The position numbers were made by a program, and so were the translations under genes. A DNA stretch of 64,000 nucleotides. It comes from a candidate division FCPU426 bacterium (GTDB lineage: Bacteria > Oederibacteriota > Muellerivitia > Muellerivitales > Muellerivitaceae). Position 1 is the stretch's first letter; each line of letters starts with the position of its first letter. Location: contig CAWCKJ010000004.1 in the NCBI GenBank assembly GCA_963796105.1, positions 896,001-960,000 on the forward strand, read 5' to 3'. Below the pieces are notes generated by a model. It worked only from the letters and a program-made list of their open reading frames with translations. It was not told where the DNA came from and ran no database searches. This document shows positions 9,638 to 19,342 of this stretch, one piece after another.

Positions 9638-10470
9638 TGGGGCTTCCTCGAAGTACCTATTATTCTGCACTTAAAAGTGAACCGGAGATTCAGGAACAAA
9701 GAGATTTGGACTTAAAGAACCGAATCGAGCAGGTGAGATTGACCTTCCCCTACTACGGCTATCGGAGGCTCTACCACCACTTTTTACGGGAGGGATTAAG
9801 GATTAACGCCAAACGGATTCGGCGGGTGGTAAGGAAATACGGTCTTTACCCTATTATTTGGGGGAAAAGGTTCAAGATCCAAACCACCCAATCCAATCAC
9901 GACCTGCCGGTGTTCCCCAACCTCTTGGAAAGGGTGGCAGAAACTGCTGTCAATCAAGTGTGGGTGGCGGATATTACCTATATCCGAATCCTCACTTGCT
10001 TTGTTTATCTGGCGGCCATTCTGGATCGTTTTTCCAGAAAGGTGATCGGGTGGGCGGTTTCCAAGAGACTGGATCGGGAGTTGTCGCTTTCGGCTTTACG
10101 CATGGCTTTAGAGGAAAGGAATCCTCTTCCGGGATGCATCCACCATTCAGACAGAGGGGTGCAATATGCCTGCTGGGATTACGTGGCCCTGCTTGAGTCC
10201 AAAGGATTAAGGATCAGCATGTCCAGGACAGGCAACCCTTACGACAATGCAAATGCGGAATCCTTTTTCAAAACCTTGAAATATGAGGAGGTGCATCTAT
10301 TCAATTACGAAACTTATCAGGAAGTGCTTCAAAGACTTCCATACTTCATCGAGGAGGTGTATAACAAAAAACGGTTGCATTCTTCTATCGGCTACATGCC
10401 GCCTGAGGAGTTCGAGGCTTTAAAGTCACTCAAACCAATCGCCGGAAAACCTATTCTCAACTTGGAGTAA
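9634..10470 (+). CDS. IS3 transposase OrfB (DDE integrase core)
   Basis: YGYRR, WVADITYI, HHSDRGVQY, DNANAESFFKTLKYE, RLHSSIGY; the -1 frame is open from the A7 run, consistent with an OrfAB fusion. Confidence 0.95.
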   Translation: MMGLPRSTYYSALKSEPEIQEQRDLDLKNRIEQVRLTFPYYGYRRLYHHFLREGLRINAKRIRRVVRKYGLYPIIWGKRFKIQTTQSNHDLPVFPNLLERVAETAVNQVWVADITYIRILTCFVYLAAILDRFSRKVIGWAVSKRLDRELSLSALRMALEERNPLPGCIHHSDRGVQYACWDYVALLESKGLRISMSRTGNPYDNANAESFFKTLKYEEVHLFNYETYQEVLQRLPYFIEEVYNKKRLHSSIGYMPPEEFEALKSLKPIAGKPILNLE

Positions 10471-10708
10471 AAACTGTCCAAGGTTTGGGGCGCACACCAT
10501 TTCCGTCGGCAACCCAGGATAACCTGGTGACAGGGTGGGATAACCAGGTGACAGCTACCGGCATTTCCGCAGGAAACCCAGGATAACCTGGTGACACCTA
10601 CTGGCAAAGGGCAGGTTCCGAGACTCCTGCCGCCAGATCGCTAGTACCGCTTCCAACGTGGCATTATCATGTCGAGGATTGATAACGAACTGACGGTAAC
10701 CGCCCCCT

Positions 10709-12541
10709 ATGAAACCTTCAAAAAACACCACCCCCCTTTCCCTTCTCAACCGCGTCTTTGGGTACCCGTCCTTTCGGGGTCGGCAGGAGGCCGTCATCCG
10801 CCATGTCCTGGACGGGGGTTCCTGCCTGGTGCTGATGCCCACCGGGGGCGGCAAAAGCCTCTGCTTCCAGATCCCGGCCATGTTGAGGCCCGGCCTGGGG
10901 CTGGTCATTTCCCCCCTCATTGCCCTGATGCAGGACCAGGTGGACGCCTTGGTCCAGAACGGGGTGGCGGCCGCCTTTTACAACTCCACCCTGGATGGCC
11001 GCCAAAAAAGCGAAATCCGCGAACGGGCCTTTCGGGGGGAATTGGACCTGCTTTACGCCGCTCCCGAGACCCTCAACACCCCCGGATTCCAGGATTTCAT
11101 CCAAGGCCTTCCCCTAAGCCTCATCGCCGTGGATGAGGCCCACTGTGTTTCCCAATGGGGGCATGACTTCCGGCCCGATTACCTCCAAATCGCCCGCCTG
11201 CGGGAGCATTTCGCCTCCGTGCCCCTGGTGGCCATGACGGCCACCGCGGACCCCCAAACGCAAAAAGAGATCCGCGAGCGGCTGGGATTGGCGCAAGATC
11301 CCGTTTTCTCCTCCAGCTTCGACCGGCCCAACATCCGCTACCAAATCACGGTCAAGGGCGCGGGCCGGGAGCAGCTGCTGGATTTCATCCGTTCCAACCA
11401 TCCGGGCCAAGCCGGAATCGTCTATGTCCTGAGCCGGACCAATACCGAGGAAACAGCCGCCTGGCTCTCGGAAAGGGGCGTCCCGGCCCTGCCCTACCAC
11501 GCCGGAATGGATGCGGATTCAAGGCGCCGCCACCAGGCCAGGTTTCTCCGGGAGGACGGGCTGGTCATGGTGGCGACCATCGCCTTCGGGATGGGCATCG
11601 ACAAGCCCAACGTCCGCTTCGTGGCCCACCTGGGAATCCCCAAGAGCGTGGAGTCCTATTACCAGGAAACCGGCCGCGCGGGGCGCGACGGGGAACCCGC
11701 CTCGGCATGGATGGCCTATTCCCTGGACGACGTGGTGAAGCTCCGCCGGATGATCCAAGGCGGGGAGGGAGAGGAAGCCTACAAGCTCCTGGCCGGGCAA
11801 AAGCTCAACGCCATGCTGGGCCTTTGCGAGACCGTGCTCTGCCGCCGCCAGTCCCTGCTGGCCTATTTCGGCGAGGAACATCCGGGGAATTGCGGCGGTT
11901 GCGACAACTGCCTTCAGCCCCCCAAGACCTGGGACGCCACCGTCGCCGCGCAAAAAGCCCTTTCCTGTATTTACCGCACGGGCCAACGCTTCGGCGCAGG
12001 CCACTTGATCGACCTTCTCATGGGGAAGGAGACGGAAAAGGCCGCCCAGTTCGGTCATACCCGGTTAAGTATTTTCGGTGTGGGCAAGGAATTGGAAAAA
12101 AGGAATTGGGACTCGGTATTCCGCCAATTAGTCGCGGGGGATTACGTCGAAGTGGATTTGGAAAATTACGGCACCTTTAAGCTGAACCCAAAATCTTGGT
12201 CCGTCTTGAGGGATGGGCAAAAGGTGTGGTTGAGGGAAGACCCGGCCTTCCGCAAGGCCAAACGGGGTACCCGGAAGGGCAAAGCCCCAACAAGACCGCC
12301 TGTGGCCTGGGACGGCCGGGAATCCTCCCTTTTCGAGGCCTTGCGTGCCCTGCGGGCGCGCCTAGCCAAGGAACAAAACCTTCCGCCCTACGTCGTTTTT
12401 CACGACAGCACCCTGCGCGAAATGGCCGCCCAGCGGCCCTCCAACCTGGATGAGTTCGCCCAAATCTCAGGCGTCGGCGAAACCAAGTTGAAGCGCTACG
12501 GCCCCGCTTTCCTGGAAGTCCTGCGATCAGGTAGTTCCTAG
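10709..12541 (+). CDS. recQ: ATP-dependent DNA helicase RecQ
   Basis: [38 protein letters not shown] cysteines, C-terminal HRDC (PPYVVFHD). Confidence 0.97.
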   Translation: MKPSKNTTPLSLLNRVFGYPSFRGRQEAVIRHVLDGGSCLVLMPTGGGKSLCFQIPAMLRPGLGLVISPLIALMQDQVDALVQNGVAAAFYNSTLDGRQKSEIRERAFRGELDLLYAAPETLNTPGFQDFIQGLPLSLIAVDEAHCVSQWGHDFRPDYLQIARLREHFASVPLVAMTATADPQTQKEIRERLGLAQDPVFSSSFDRPNIRYQITVKGAGREQLLDFIRSNHPGQAGIVYVLSRTNTEETAAWLSERGVPALPYHAGMDADSRRRHQARFLREDGLVMVATIAFGMGIDKPNVRFVAHLGIPKSVESYYQETGRAGRDGEPASAWMAYSLDDVVKLRRMIQGGEGEEAYKLLAGQKLNAMLGLCETVLCRRQSLLAYFGEEHPGNCGGCDNCLQPPKTWDATVAAQKALSCIYRTGQRFGAGHLIDLLMGKETEKAAQFGHTRLSIFGVGKELEKRNWDSVFRQLVAGDYVEVDLENYGTFKLNPKSWSVLRDGQKVWLREDPAFRKAKRGTRKGKAPTRPPVAWDGRESSLFEALRALRARLAKEQNLPPYVVFHDSTLREMAAQRPSNLDEFAQISGVGETKLKRYGPAFLEVLRSGSS

Positions 12542-12642
12542 CCCCGCCCTGATTAAGCCTGGGGTGAGCGGGTAAAACGAGTCGAAAACGTCGTGGGATT
12601 AAAAAAGTTTGAATGTCCGAAATCAATGCTTATCGGGGACAG

Positions 12643-12882
12643 TTAACGAAGTTTATCCTTCGGCTCAGGCTCGGTTTTTCCTACCTTTCCCATGGCCTTC
12701 AGGAATTTCGCCCGGCTTCCACTTCTTGCGCGGCTTCCTAAATATTCATCAGCCATCAGGGCTGAAACTTTTTCCGCGAGGGCCAATGTGATCATTTGAT
12801 TGATGGAAACATGCTCCTTGTCAGCCATTTCACGAACGGAACGGTGAAGGGTATTCGGCAGCCTCAAACTTATGGCACTCAT
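12643..12882 (-). CDS. Ribbon-helix-helix (HicB-like) antitoxin
   Basis: MSAISLRLPNTLH...VSINQMI...ALAEKVSAL; ATGA overlap with the PIN gene stop. Confidence 0.8.
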   Translation of the reverse strand: MSAISLRLPNTLHRSVREMADKEHVSINQMITLALAEKVSALMADEYLGSRARSGSRAKFLKAMGKVGKTEPEPKDKLR

Positions 12883-13307
12883 TTTAGTCCTCCCAAAAAC
12901 GTCAATATTTTCTGGGGCGTGTAAATTTTTAAACCCCAAGCCTCAATTCCTTTGAAATCCCGTTTGTTAAAAGTAACAATCCCGCTTGCTCCAGAAGCCA
13001 CGGCCAATTCCAGGACCATGTCATCTCCCGGGTCTTTTAAGCATGGCCTCCAAAGATAATGTACTTTACAGTGTCTCGCCTCGGAGCAGAGATAATCTAG
13101 GATATCGTCCTTTTCCCCAGCCGAAAGTTTAATACCGCTATTTGGATTTTTAATCGCCGCCTCGTACTCCAACAGCAGCGCCACCGACAATTGAATTTGA
13201 AACCGTTTATCGCCCAGCGCCAATAATAATCGGTGTGAAGCGCCCAAACGCGACCTTAAAGCTGAGACAAGAATGTTGGTATCCAACACAATTCGCAAAG
13301 GTTTCAT
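12879..13307 (-). CDS. PIN-domain toxin of putative TA system
   Basis: IVLDTNILVSAL, LLEYE, WRPCLKDPGDDMVLELAV, IVTFNKRDF. Confidence 0.9.
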   Translation of the reverse strand: MKPLRIVLDTNILVSALRSRLGASHRLLLALGDKRFQIQLSVALLLEYEAAIKNPNSGIKLSAGEKDDILDYLCSEARHCKVHYLWRPCLKDPGDDMVLELAVASGASGIVTFNKRDFKGIEAWGLKIYTPQKILTFLGGLK

Positions 13308-13341
13308 AATGGTATTATATATGATACCAACATTGTATCAA
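13308..13341 (-). promoter_or_regulatory. Sigma70-type promoter with overlapping palindromic operators; probably leaderless
   Basis: Minus strand reads TTGATA-N16-TATAAT-N6-ATG; palindromes TGGTAT-N8-ATACCA (13310-13329) and TGATAC-N7-GTATCA (13322-13340). Confidence 0.65.
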
Positions 13342-13559
13342 CCAAACTTCTACCCCATTTCGCTTTGAAAATATCGTCCACGATCCCTGCCCATCGCTGT
13401 GCCGATCAACCATAAAGATAAATTGAGATCGGTACAATACCAGCCACATTAAAAGTTTAATGGGGGGCTGGCATGCGGTGCGATGGGCTGTCAGACAAGA
13501 TATTGGGGACCGAAATAACCTTTCCCGCTACTCCCCGGACCTTGTTAAAATATGCGCCT

Positions 13560-14549
13560 ATGACCAATCCAATCCGACGGTGTTTTATATTAATTCTCTT
13601 AGTTTCCGCTTTTTCTCCCCTTCGGGCTGATCCCACTTTTCTCCAATTGAAACAGGATATCCCCTTATCCGGGGGGATGTCCCGGTTCGACCAACAGGCC
13701 TTCGACCCCCAAAACGGGATGCTTTATATCGCCCATGAGGGCGAGGGCCAGATCATCCTTTTCAATACCAAGTTAAACACTGTATTTACGACCCTACCTG
13801 GCTTTCCTGGGGTGACGGGGCTCTTATTGGTCCCCGAACTCCACCGCCTCTACGCCAGCGTCTCCCAAAGGCACCAGGTGGCGGTGATCGACACCCAAAG
13901 TTTGAAAGTGCTGGCCAAGGTCACGGCGGGCAATCTTCCCGACGGCATTGCGTATGTCCCAGAACTCCACCAACTGTTTGTATCGGATGAGCTGGGAGGG
14001 GAGGTCACAGTCATCGACGTCTTGAAAAACAAGCGCGTTGAATCCATCAAACTGGGCGGCCAGGCGGGGAATACCCGTTATGACTCAAGCTCCCGCCTTA
14101 TCTACACCACGGTCCAAACCAAGAATGAGCTGGCCGCGATCGACCCTCAAACCCGTAAGATCATCGCGCGCTATCCCATTTACAACGGCAAGCGGCCCCA
14201 TGGGCTCTGGATCGACACCAATACCCATTTGGCTTTTATCGGATGCGAGAAGGACAGCAAGCTGGTGGTTTTCGACCTCCAGACCCGCCTGGAGACCGCC
14301 GTCTCAAACGTCGGGAAAGAGCCGGACGTCCTGACTTTTGATAACCAGCAGGGGTACCTTTATGTGGCCTCGGAGGAGGGAAAAGCGTCGGTTTTCCGCG
14401 TCAGGGACCGGAAGATCGAGAAGATCGGCGATTTCGAGGTGGGGAACAAGGCCCATACCATCGAGGTGAACCCCCAGAACCATGATCTTTATTTTCCTTT
14501 GACGGTGGAAAAGAAGCCGGTCCTAAGGATCATGAAGCCTAATTTATAA
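13560..14549 (+). CDS. YncE-family beta-propeller protein, secreted
   Basis: Signal peptide, then repeated RLY/LFV...VAVID blades with PDG/PHG motifs. Confidence 0.85.
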   Translation: MTNPIRRCFILILLVSAFSPLRADPTFLQLKQDIPLSGGMSRFDQQAFDPQNGMLYIAHEGEGQIILFNTKLNTVFTTLPGFPGVTGLLLVPELHRLYASVSQRHQVAVIDTQSLKVLAKVTAGNLPDGIAYVPELHQLFVSDELGGEVTVIDVLKNKRVESIKLGGQAGNTRYDSSSRLIYTTVQTKNELAAIDPQTRKIIARYPIYNGKRPHGLWIDTNTHLAFIGCEKDSKLVVFDLQTRLETAVSNVGKEPDVLTFDNQQGYLYVASEEGKASVFRVRDRKIEKIGDFEVGNKAHTIEVNPQNHDLYFPLTVEKKPVLRIMKPNL

Positions 14550-14600
14550 TCGATTCAAATCCACCACATGCCAGCCTTCCACAAAGCTTTTAAAGAGGCT

Positions 14601-14835
14601 GGTATCGTACCGATCTCAATAATATCTTTATGGAAGATCGGCACAGGGTCTCAGAGACACAGCTAAAAAAACAAATAATTCCTTTTTCTTTTTTAAATGA
14701 ACCTCAGTTGCACATCTAAAAAATCAATCAACAAAGGGGAGATTAGCATGCGCATAGAAGTAATTTTAGAAAGATGTCTCTGAGGCTCTGTGCCGATCCT
14801 CTTTAAAGACATCAAATAGAGATCGGTACAATACC
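14601..14835. repeat. Inverted pair of the same hairpin repeat (MITE/REP-like)
   Basis: GGTATCGTACCGATCTC...ATCGGCACAGGGTCTCAGAGACA at left, mirrored by TGTCTCTGAGGCTCTGTGCCGAT...GAGATCGGTACAATACC at right. Confidence 0.8.
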
Positions 14836-14924
14836 GCATTCATATAAGGTTTATAGAAAAGCGGCATGTGTCTCTGGGGTGACTCGGGTGTTTGTTGGAT
14901 GTATTTAAAACAACGCCGGATGGA

Positions 14925-15767
14925 TCAAACCGGGACGAGGCTGTCGTAGGAACGGATTTTGGCGATGACCTCATCGATGAGATAGTCGGGAGTCGATGCC
15001 CCGGCCGTAATTCCCACCTTGACTTTCCCCTTGAACCAATTCGAGTCCAACTCCTGAGCCGTCTCGATATGATGGGTCGCATCGGGAAGAAAAACCTGGC
15101 AAGTGTCGGCCAGCTTGTGGGTGTTGGAGGAATTCCGGCCCCCGATGACGATCATGATTTGCACCTGCTTGGTGAGGGCCGCGGCGGCGGTTTGGCGGTC
15201 CTTGGTGGGTTTGCAGATGGTATTCACCGCCACCACCTCGGTACAGCGTTCCTTGAGTTTCTCCACGAACTTCTCGAACTTTTCCATCAACAGGGTACTC
15301 TGGGTGATAACCCCGATGCGGGAACCTTCCGGCACTTTCGCGATATCCGCCTCCTCGTAAATGATGATGGGGCCCCTCAGGCGGCTGGCGATGCCCTTGA
15401 CCTCCACGTGCTTGGGATCACCGATGATGACGATTTGGAGGCCCTTTTCCTGGAGCTTGTGGCCCTCGTTGTAAATGCGAGTCACCAGGGGACAGGTGGT
15501 GTCGATGATGTCCAGGCCCTTATCCTTGATCTTGCCCAGGACGTTGATATCCAGGCCATGGGCGGTAATGACCACGCGGTTGTCCTGGACCTCGTCCAGG
15601 GACGTCACGATTTTCTTGTTAAGGGAGGCCAAACGGGCCACTTCCTGCGGGTTGTGGATCAGGGAGCCGAAAATGAAAGCCTTGTCCATGGACTCGGCCT
15701 TCTCGATGGCTCGTTTCACCCCGAAACAAAACCCCGCGGCGTTCGCGACCAGGATTTCACGGTTCAC
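14925..15767 (-). CDS. ispH: 4-hydroxy-3-methylbut-2-enyl diphosphate reductase
   Basis: GFCFGVKRA, LIHNP, AHG, DTTCPLV, HVEV, QST, TICKPT, SSNT, ITAGASTP. Confidence 0.97.
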   Translation of the reverse strand: MNREILVANAAGFCFGVKRAIEKAESMDKAFIFGSLIHNPQEVARLASLNKKIVTSLDEVQDNRVVITAHGLDINVLGKIKDKGLDIIDTTCPLVTRIYNEGHKLQEKGLQIVIIGDPKHVEVKGIASRLRGPIIIYEEADIAKVPEGSRIGVITQSTLLMEKFEKFVEKLKERCTEVVAVNTICKPTKDRQTAAAALTKQVQIMIVIGGRNSSNTHKLADTCQVFLPDATHHIETAQELDSNWFKGKVKVGITAGASTPDYLIDEVIAKIRSYDSLVPV

Positions 15768-15895
15768 TTTAAAACCCCCACGAAAATTTTAAGTTCTAAA
15801 TTTTTAATTTTAAATTATGGTTCGGATTTTCAACCGAAGACTGAAAATCCATTAATTTTTAAAACGGCTAAACCGAGATGGATTATATTTTACCT

Positions 15896-15930
15896 AGGAT
15901 AAAAAGTCCCTAAATCGGACTTTTTATCCT
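15896..15930. repeat. Perfect 14-bp inverted repeat between divergent ispH and addB
   Basis: AGGATAAAAAGTCC-ctaaatc-GGACTTTTTATCCT. Confidence 0.7.
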
Positions 15931-16070
15931 GAAGACATATGCGGTAACCCCACAATTCCTGCGGAATCTTTGGGGTCAGAGGCTGCTTTGTAGCACTATT
16001 ATTAGTTTCTCAACAGCCTCTATATAATGCATCCAGCGAAATAAAACCCAGACCCCCAAAGGATTTTCTT

Positions 16071-19000
16071 GTGCGGTTTTCCCTCTATTTAGGCCCCTAT
16101 CAGCCGTTCCTGGAGGAAGAGCTTTACGCCCGCGTCCGGGAACTTCGTTCCGCCGACCCTTTTTCGCCCCTGGTAGTCCTGGTCCCGAACCGGCTTCTCG
16201 TGCGCCATTTGCGGGAGGAATTGGCGCGAAAACAACAGTGGGTCTTCAATATCCGTTTTCTCACCTTCCACCAGTACCTATTGGAAAGCATGGAGGATAA
16301 ATGGATGACGGAGGGGTTCCGGGTCCTGCCCGAGACCCTGGTGCCCTGGTTCTTGAAGGAGAAGTCCAAGGCCGGGCGGAAAACCAAAGGCCCTTTCTCG
16401 GCGGTAGAGAACACGCCGGGTTTTTACAAGGCCCTCCGGGCCACCCTCTCGGAGCTCAAACAAGGTGATTTCAATCCAACCTCCTTGGGGGAATCGGCGG
16501 TAAAACTGTCCAAGGCTAAGGACCGCCAAAGTTTATCGGCAAAGCTGAGGGAATTCTCCCTGCTGTTGGAATCCTATGAGGCTTGGAAAAAAAAGGAAAA
16601 GTGGAAGGACCTGGATGACCTTTACGCCGGGGCCTTGGAGCTTCCCCCTTCCCCAACGCCCTTATGGGTTTACGGATTTTACGACGCATCCGTGCTCCAG
16701 CAAAAAGCCCTAAAACACCTTTGCTCAGCCCAGAATAGCGATTGGTTTATTCCCTATGAGGACAATCCGGTTTTCGATTACGCCAAACCTTTCGTGGAAT
16801 GGGCTGGGAGATTGGGCGAGGTCATAAAACCCGCAACGTGGAAAAGGGATGACTCGTCACCCTTAAAAAAACTGCAGGGGAATATATTTATAACTGAGGT
16901 TGTGCGTTGGCCCGAAGGGCCAAGCACCCTTGGCCCTAATTTCGGGACAAGGGCCACAAGCATGTCGCAATCTTCGTCCTATTCGGACGAAGCTCCTCGC
17001 AATGACAACACATTTGAGAATTCCGATGTCAAAATCCTTCTCTGCCCGGGTGAGCCCCGGGAAATCCGGGAAGGCATCCGGACCCTGCTGGACGAAGCAG
17101 AGAAGCAGGAAATCCCCTTTTCAAGATGCGCGGTGGTCCTCAGGCAGATGGAAAACTACCGGAGAATGCTGGGGCAGGCTTTCTCAGCCCAAGGGGTGCC
17201 CCTTGCCAAGGAACCCACGGTTTTCCTCATGGAAACCCCCGAGGGAAAGGCAGTCCAGCTTCTCCTTCAATGTTTCCAACAGGAATTTCCCCGCGACCTG
17301 TTTTTAAACTTCCTCTCCAGCCCCAACCTCAAACCCGAGGGTTTCGGCTTGGGTCCGGACGATTGGAATCCCCACTTGTGGGACAGGGTTTCCAAGGAGG
17401 CTGGGGTGGTGGAAGGGGAAAAAGCCTGGCTGGACCGCCTCAACAGCCATCTGGCCAGCCGTTCCCGGGTTTCCGTTCCCGAGGAGGAGGAACTTTCGAA
17501 GGAGGAAGGGGAGTCCATCCGGGATTTCAGGAAAGTCCTCCAAAAACTGTTCACGACCCGCCAAACATTCAACCTGGAAAAATCCTGGGAGGGAAAATCC
17601 AGGGTTCTTTTATCCCTGGTCATGGTCCTATTCCGGGTTTCCCGGGCGCAGGGACAATTGGCTGCGGTATTGAAGGGAATCCAGTCCTTGTCGCGTCTTT
17701 CCCTGGGCGTGAGCCCGGAGGATTTCACCTCGGTACTCTCGGAATTGCTGGAGGAGCAAATGGTTCCCTGGGAAAAATCCGATCCAGGCGGAGTGGAAGT
17801 TTTGGACCTGATGCAGGCCAGGGGAGTGCCTTTCGATGTGATGGTTTTGCCCGGCCTGGTGGAGCAGGGCTTTCCCCGGGTGGTCCGGCAGGACCCTCTT
17901 TTATTGGACGAGGAAAGGAGAATTCTCAACGGCTTAGTGGATGCCAAGGCCCGGATTCCGGAAAAAGCCGAGGGCCGGCTGGAGGAAAAACTCCTTTTCG
18001 CCTTGGCGGTCCGCGGCGCCCGGAAAACCCTCGTGCTCACGGCGCCCGACTTGGATCCTTCCACCGGAGGGCCCCGAATCCCCTCCATATACCTGTATGA
18101 GACGGCCCAGGCCGTCACCGGAAAAAGGCAAGCCCACTTGGCCGAGGCCGGGCCCTTCGTGAAAAAAATCCAGGTTTCCGGCTGGATCCGCGGGGAAGGG
18201 GACCGATGCGGGGATGACCTGGAGCAGTTGTTAAGCAGGTTCCAAATGGCCCGCGGAGGCAAGCCTCTTCCGGCCCTGGCCTATGTCGCGGAAAAACCTT
18301 TTTATTTCAAGGCGCAGGAACTCCTGAAAAACCGGCAGTGGGTCCGGGCCTTTACCCCTTACGACGGGGTTTTTCAAAGTCCCCAAGCCCTGGCGGAACT
18401 TCAAAAGAGCCATTCACTCCAAGGAAAAGCCCTCTCGGCCTCCCGTTTGGAAACTTACGCCTCCTGCCCCATCCGTTATTTTTTCAAGTACATCTTAAAG
18501 CTCAAAATCCATCCCGAGCCTGAGAGAATTTTCCAATTGGAAGCCGCCGACAAGGGAACCTTGATGCACGCCATTTTGGAGGAAACCCTCGCGCGGGGCC
18601 TGACGGAAGGCTGGTTCAACAAACGCGAGACCGGAAAGGGCCGCAAAGTCCTGGTGGAGGAAACCCAAAAGGCTTTCGACCGTTTCGAGAAGGACGGCTT
18701 GCCGGGATCGCCCGCCCTTTGGGCTTGGAGCCGTTTTTCCATGACCCGGGACCTGGAGAGGGCCTTCTTAAGCGTGATGGAGGACCTGGAATGGGTTCCG
18801 GGGGATTTTGAGAAGGATTTCGGGAAGAAGGACCAGGCTGAGGTCTTGTTCCCGGCTTCCCAAGGGAATTTCCGGCTGGAAGGCTGGATGGATCGTGTGG
18901 ACTTTTCCGCCGACGGGAAACGATTGAGGGTCCTGGATTACAAGACTGGGAGCAGTACCTCCTTCAAGAAGAACAGCGTGAAGGAAGGCGCCAAACTCCA

Positions 19001-19325
19001 GATGCCGCTCTATCTTTGGGCCTGCCGGATCCTTTATCCGGGGGTTGTTCCTGAGTCGGCGGTCTTTGACTTTCTCACGGCCAAGGGCGGTTACCGGCGG
19101 GTTTCCTACGACGCTGGTGATTGGAAAAAGGTGGAGGAACCGCTCCGGACGGTCCTGGAAACCGCGTCGGAAGCGGTTTCCCAGGGGCTTTTCCCCGCGG
19201 CGGCGAAGAACTGCGGCCAATGCGATTACCAGGCCCTCTGCGGAACAGGCCGGGAAAGGCGGGGGGAACGGAAAAAAGAAGACCCCCGGGTGAAAGGATA
19301 TTACCGCTTGGAGGAACTAACTTGA
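16071..19325 (+). CDS. addB: ATP-dependent nuclease subunit B (AddB/RexB-like)
   Basis: LSASRLETYASCP...G.LMH; PD-(D/E)xK motif DRVD...LDYKTG; CGQCDYQALC Fe-S cysteines; directly upstream of a UvrD-nuclease gene. Confidence 0.85.
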   Translation: MRFSLYLGPYQPFLEEELYARVRELRSADPFSPLVVLVPNRLLVRHLREELARKQQWVFNIRFLTFHQYLLESMEDKWMTEGFRVLPETLVPWFLKEKSKAGRKTKGPFSAVENTPGFYKALRATLSELKQGDFNPTSLGESAVKLSKAKDRQSLSAKLREFSLLLESYEAWKKKEKWKDLDDLYAGALELPPSPTPLWVYGFYDASVLQQKALKHLCSAQNSDWFIPYEDNPVFDYAKPFVEWAGRLGEVIKPATWKRDDSSPLKKLQGNIFITEVVRWPEGPSTLGPNFGTRATSMSQSSSYSDEAPRNDNTFENSDVKILLCPGEPREIREGIRTLLDEAEKQEIPFSRCAVVLRQMENYRRMLGQAFSAQGVPLAKEPTVFLMETPEGKAVQLLLQCFQQEFPRDLFLNFLSSPNLKPEGFGLGPDDWNPHLWDRVSKEAGVVEGEKAWLDRLNSHLASRSRVSVPEEEELSKEEGESIRDFRKVLQKLFTTRQTFNLEKSWEGKSRVLLSLVMVLFRVSRAQGQLAAVLKGIQSLSRLSLGVSPEDFTSVLSELLEEQMVPWEKSDPGGVEVLDLMQARGVPFDVMVLPGLVEQGFPRVVRQDPLLLDEERRILNGLVDAKARIPEKAEGRLEEKLLFALAVRGARKTLVLTAPDLDPSTGGPRIPSIYLYETAQAVTGKRQAHLAEAGPFVKKIQVSGWIRGEGDRCGDDLEQLLSRFQMARGGKPLPALAYVAEKPFYFKAQELLKNRQWVRAFTPYDGVFQSPQALAELQKSHSLQGKALSASRLETYASCPIRYFFKYILKLKIHPEPERIFQLEAADKGTLMHAILEETLARGLTEGWFNKRETGKGRKVLVEETQKAFDRFEKDGLPGSPALWAWSRFSMTRDLERAFLSVMEDLEWVPGDFEKDFGKKDQAEVLFPASQGNFRLEGWMDRVDFSADGKRLRVLDYKTGSSTSFKKNSVKEGAKLQMPLYLWACRILYPGVVPESAVFDFLTAKGGYRRVSYDAGDWKKVEEPLRTVLETASEAVSQGLFPAAAKNCGQCDYQALCGTGRERRGERKKEDPRVKGYYRLEELT

Positions 19326-19342
19326 TAAATATTTATAAAAAA

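Larger units (their letters stand above)
9199..10499 (+). mobile_element. IS3-family insertion sequence, copy 1 (1301 bp)
   Basis: TG...CA ends with imperfect IRs (TGGAACGCGCCCTACAAGTTGGACAGTT / AACTGTCCAAGGTTTGGGGCGCACACCA); TTT target duplication at 9196-9198 and 10500-10502; orfA plus orfB. Confidence 0.95.
9139..10596. repeat. Short tandem repeat array (CATTTCCG...GATAACCTGGTGACA units) interrupted by IS3 copy 1
   Basis: Units start at 9139, 9194 (split by the IS, resuming at 10503) and 10562; GATAACC(T/A)GGTGACA-type submotif at 9159, 9180, 10518, 10539, 10582. Confidence 0.85.

Noticed and set aside
9139..10596. CRISPR array
   Set aside because: Units are irregular, lack unique spacers of constant length, and no cas genes are present
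543..13307. Coherent anti-phage defence island (AAA ATPase, EVE, PIN TA)
   Set aside because: The genes are scattered among housekeeping genes and not operonic; each is common on its own
14892..15902. 336-aa plus-strand ORF
   Set aside because: Antisense to ispH, which has all family motifs; the same applies to long shadow ORFs over recQ, addA/addB, the MnhD-like gene and GH9
15979..16020. GAGGCTG...CAGCCTC mini-IS relic
   Set aside because: Only a 7-bp inverted match and a single copy; insufficient support
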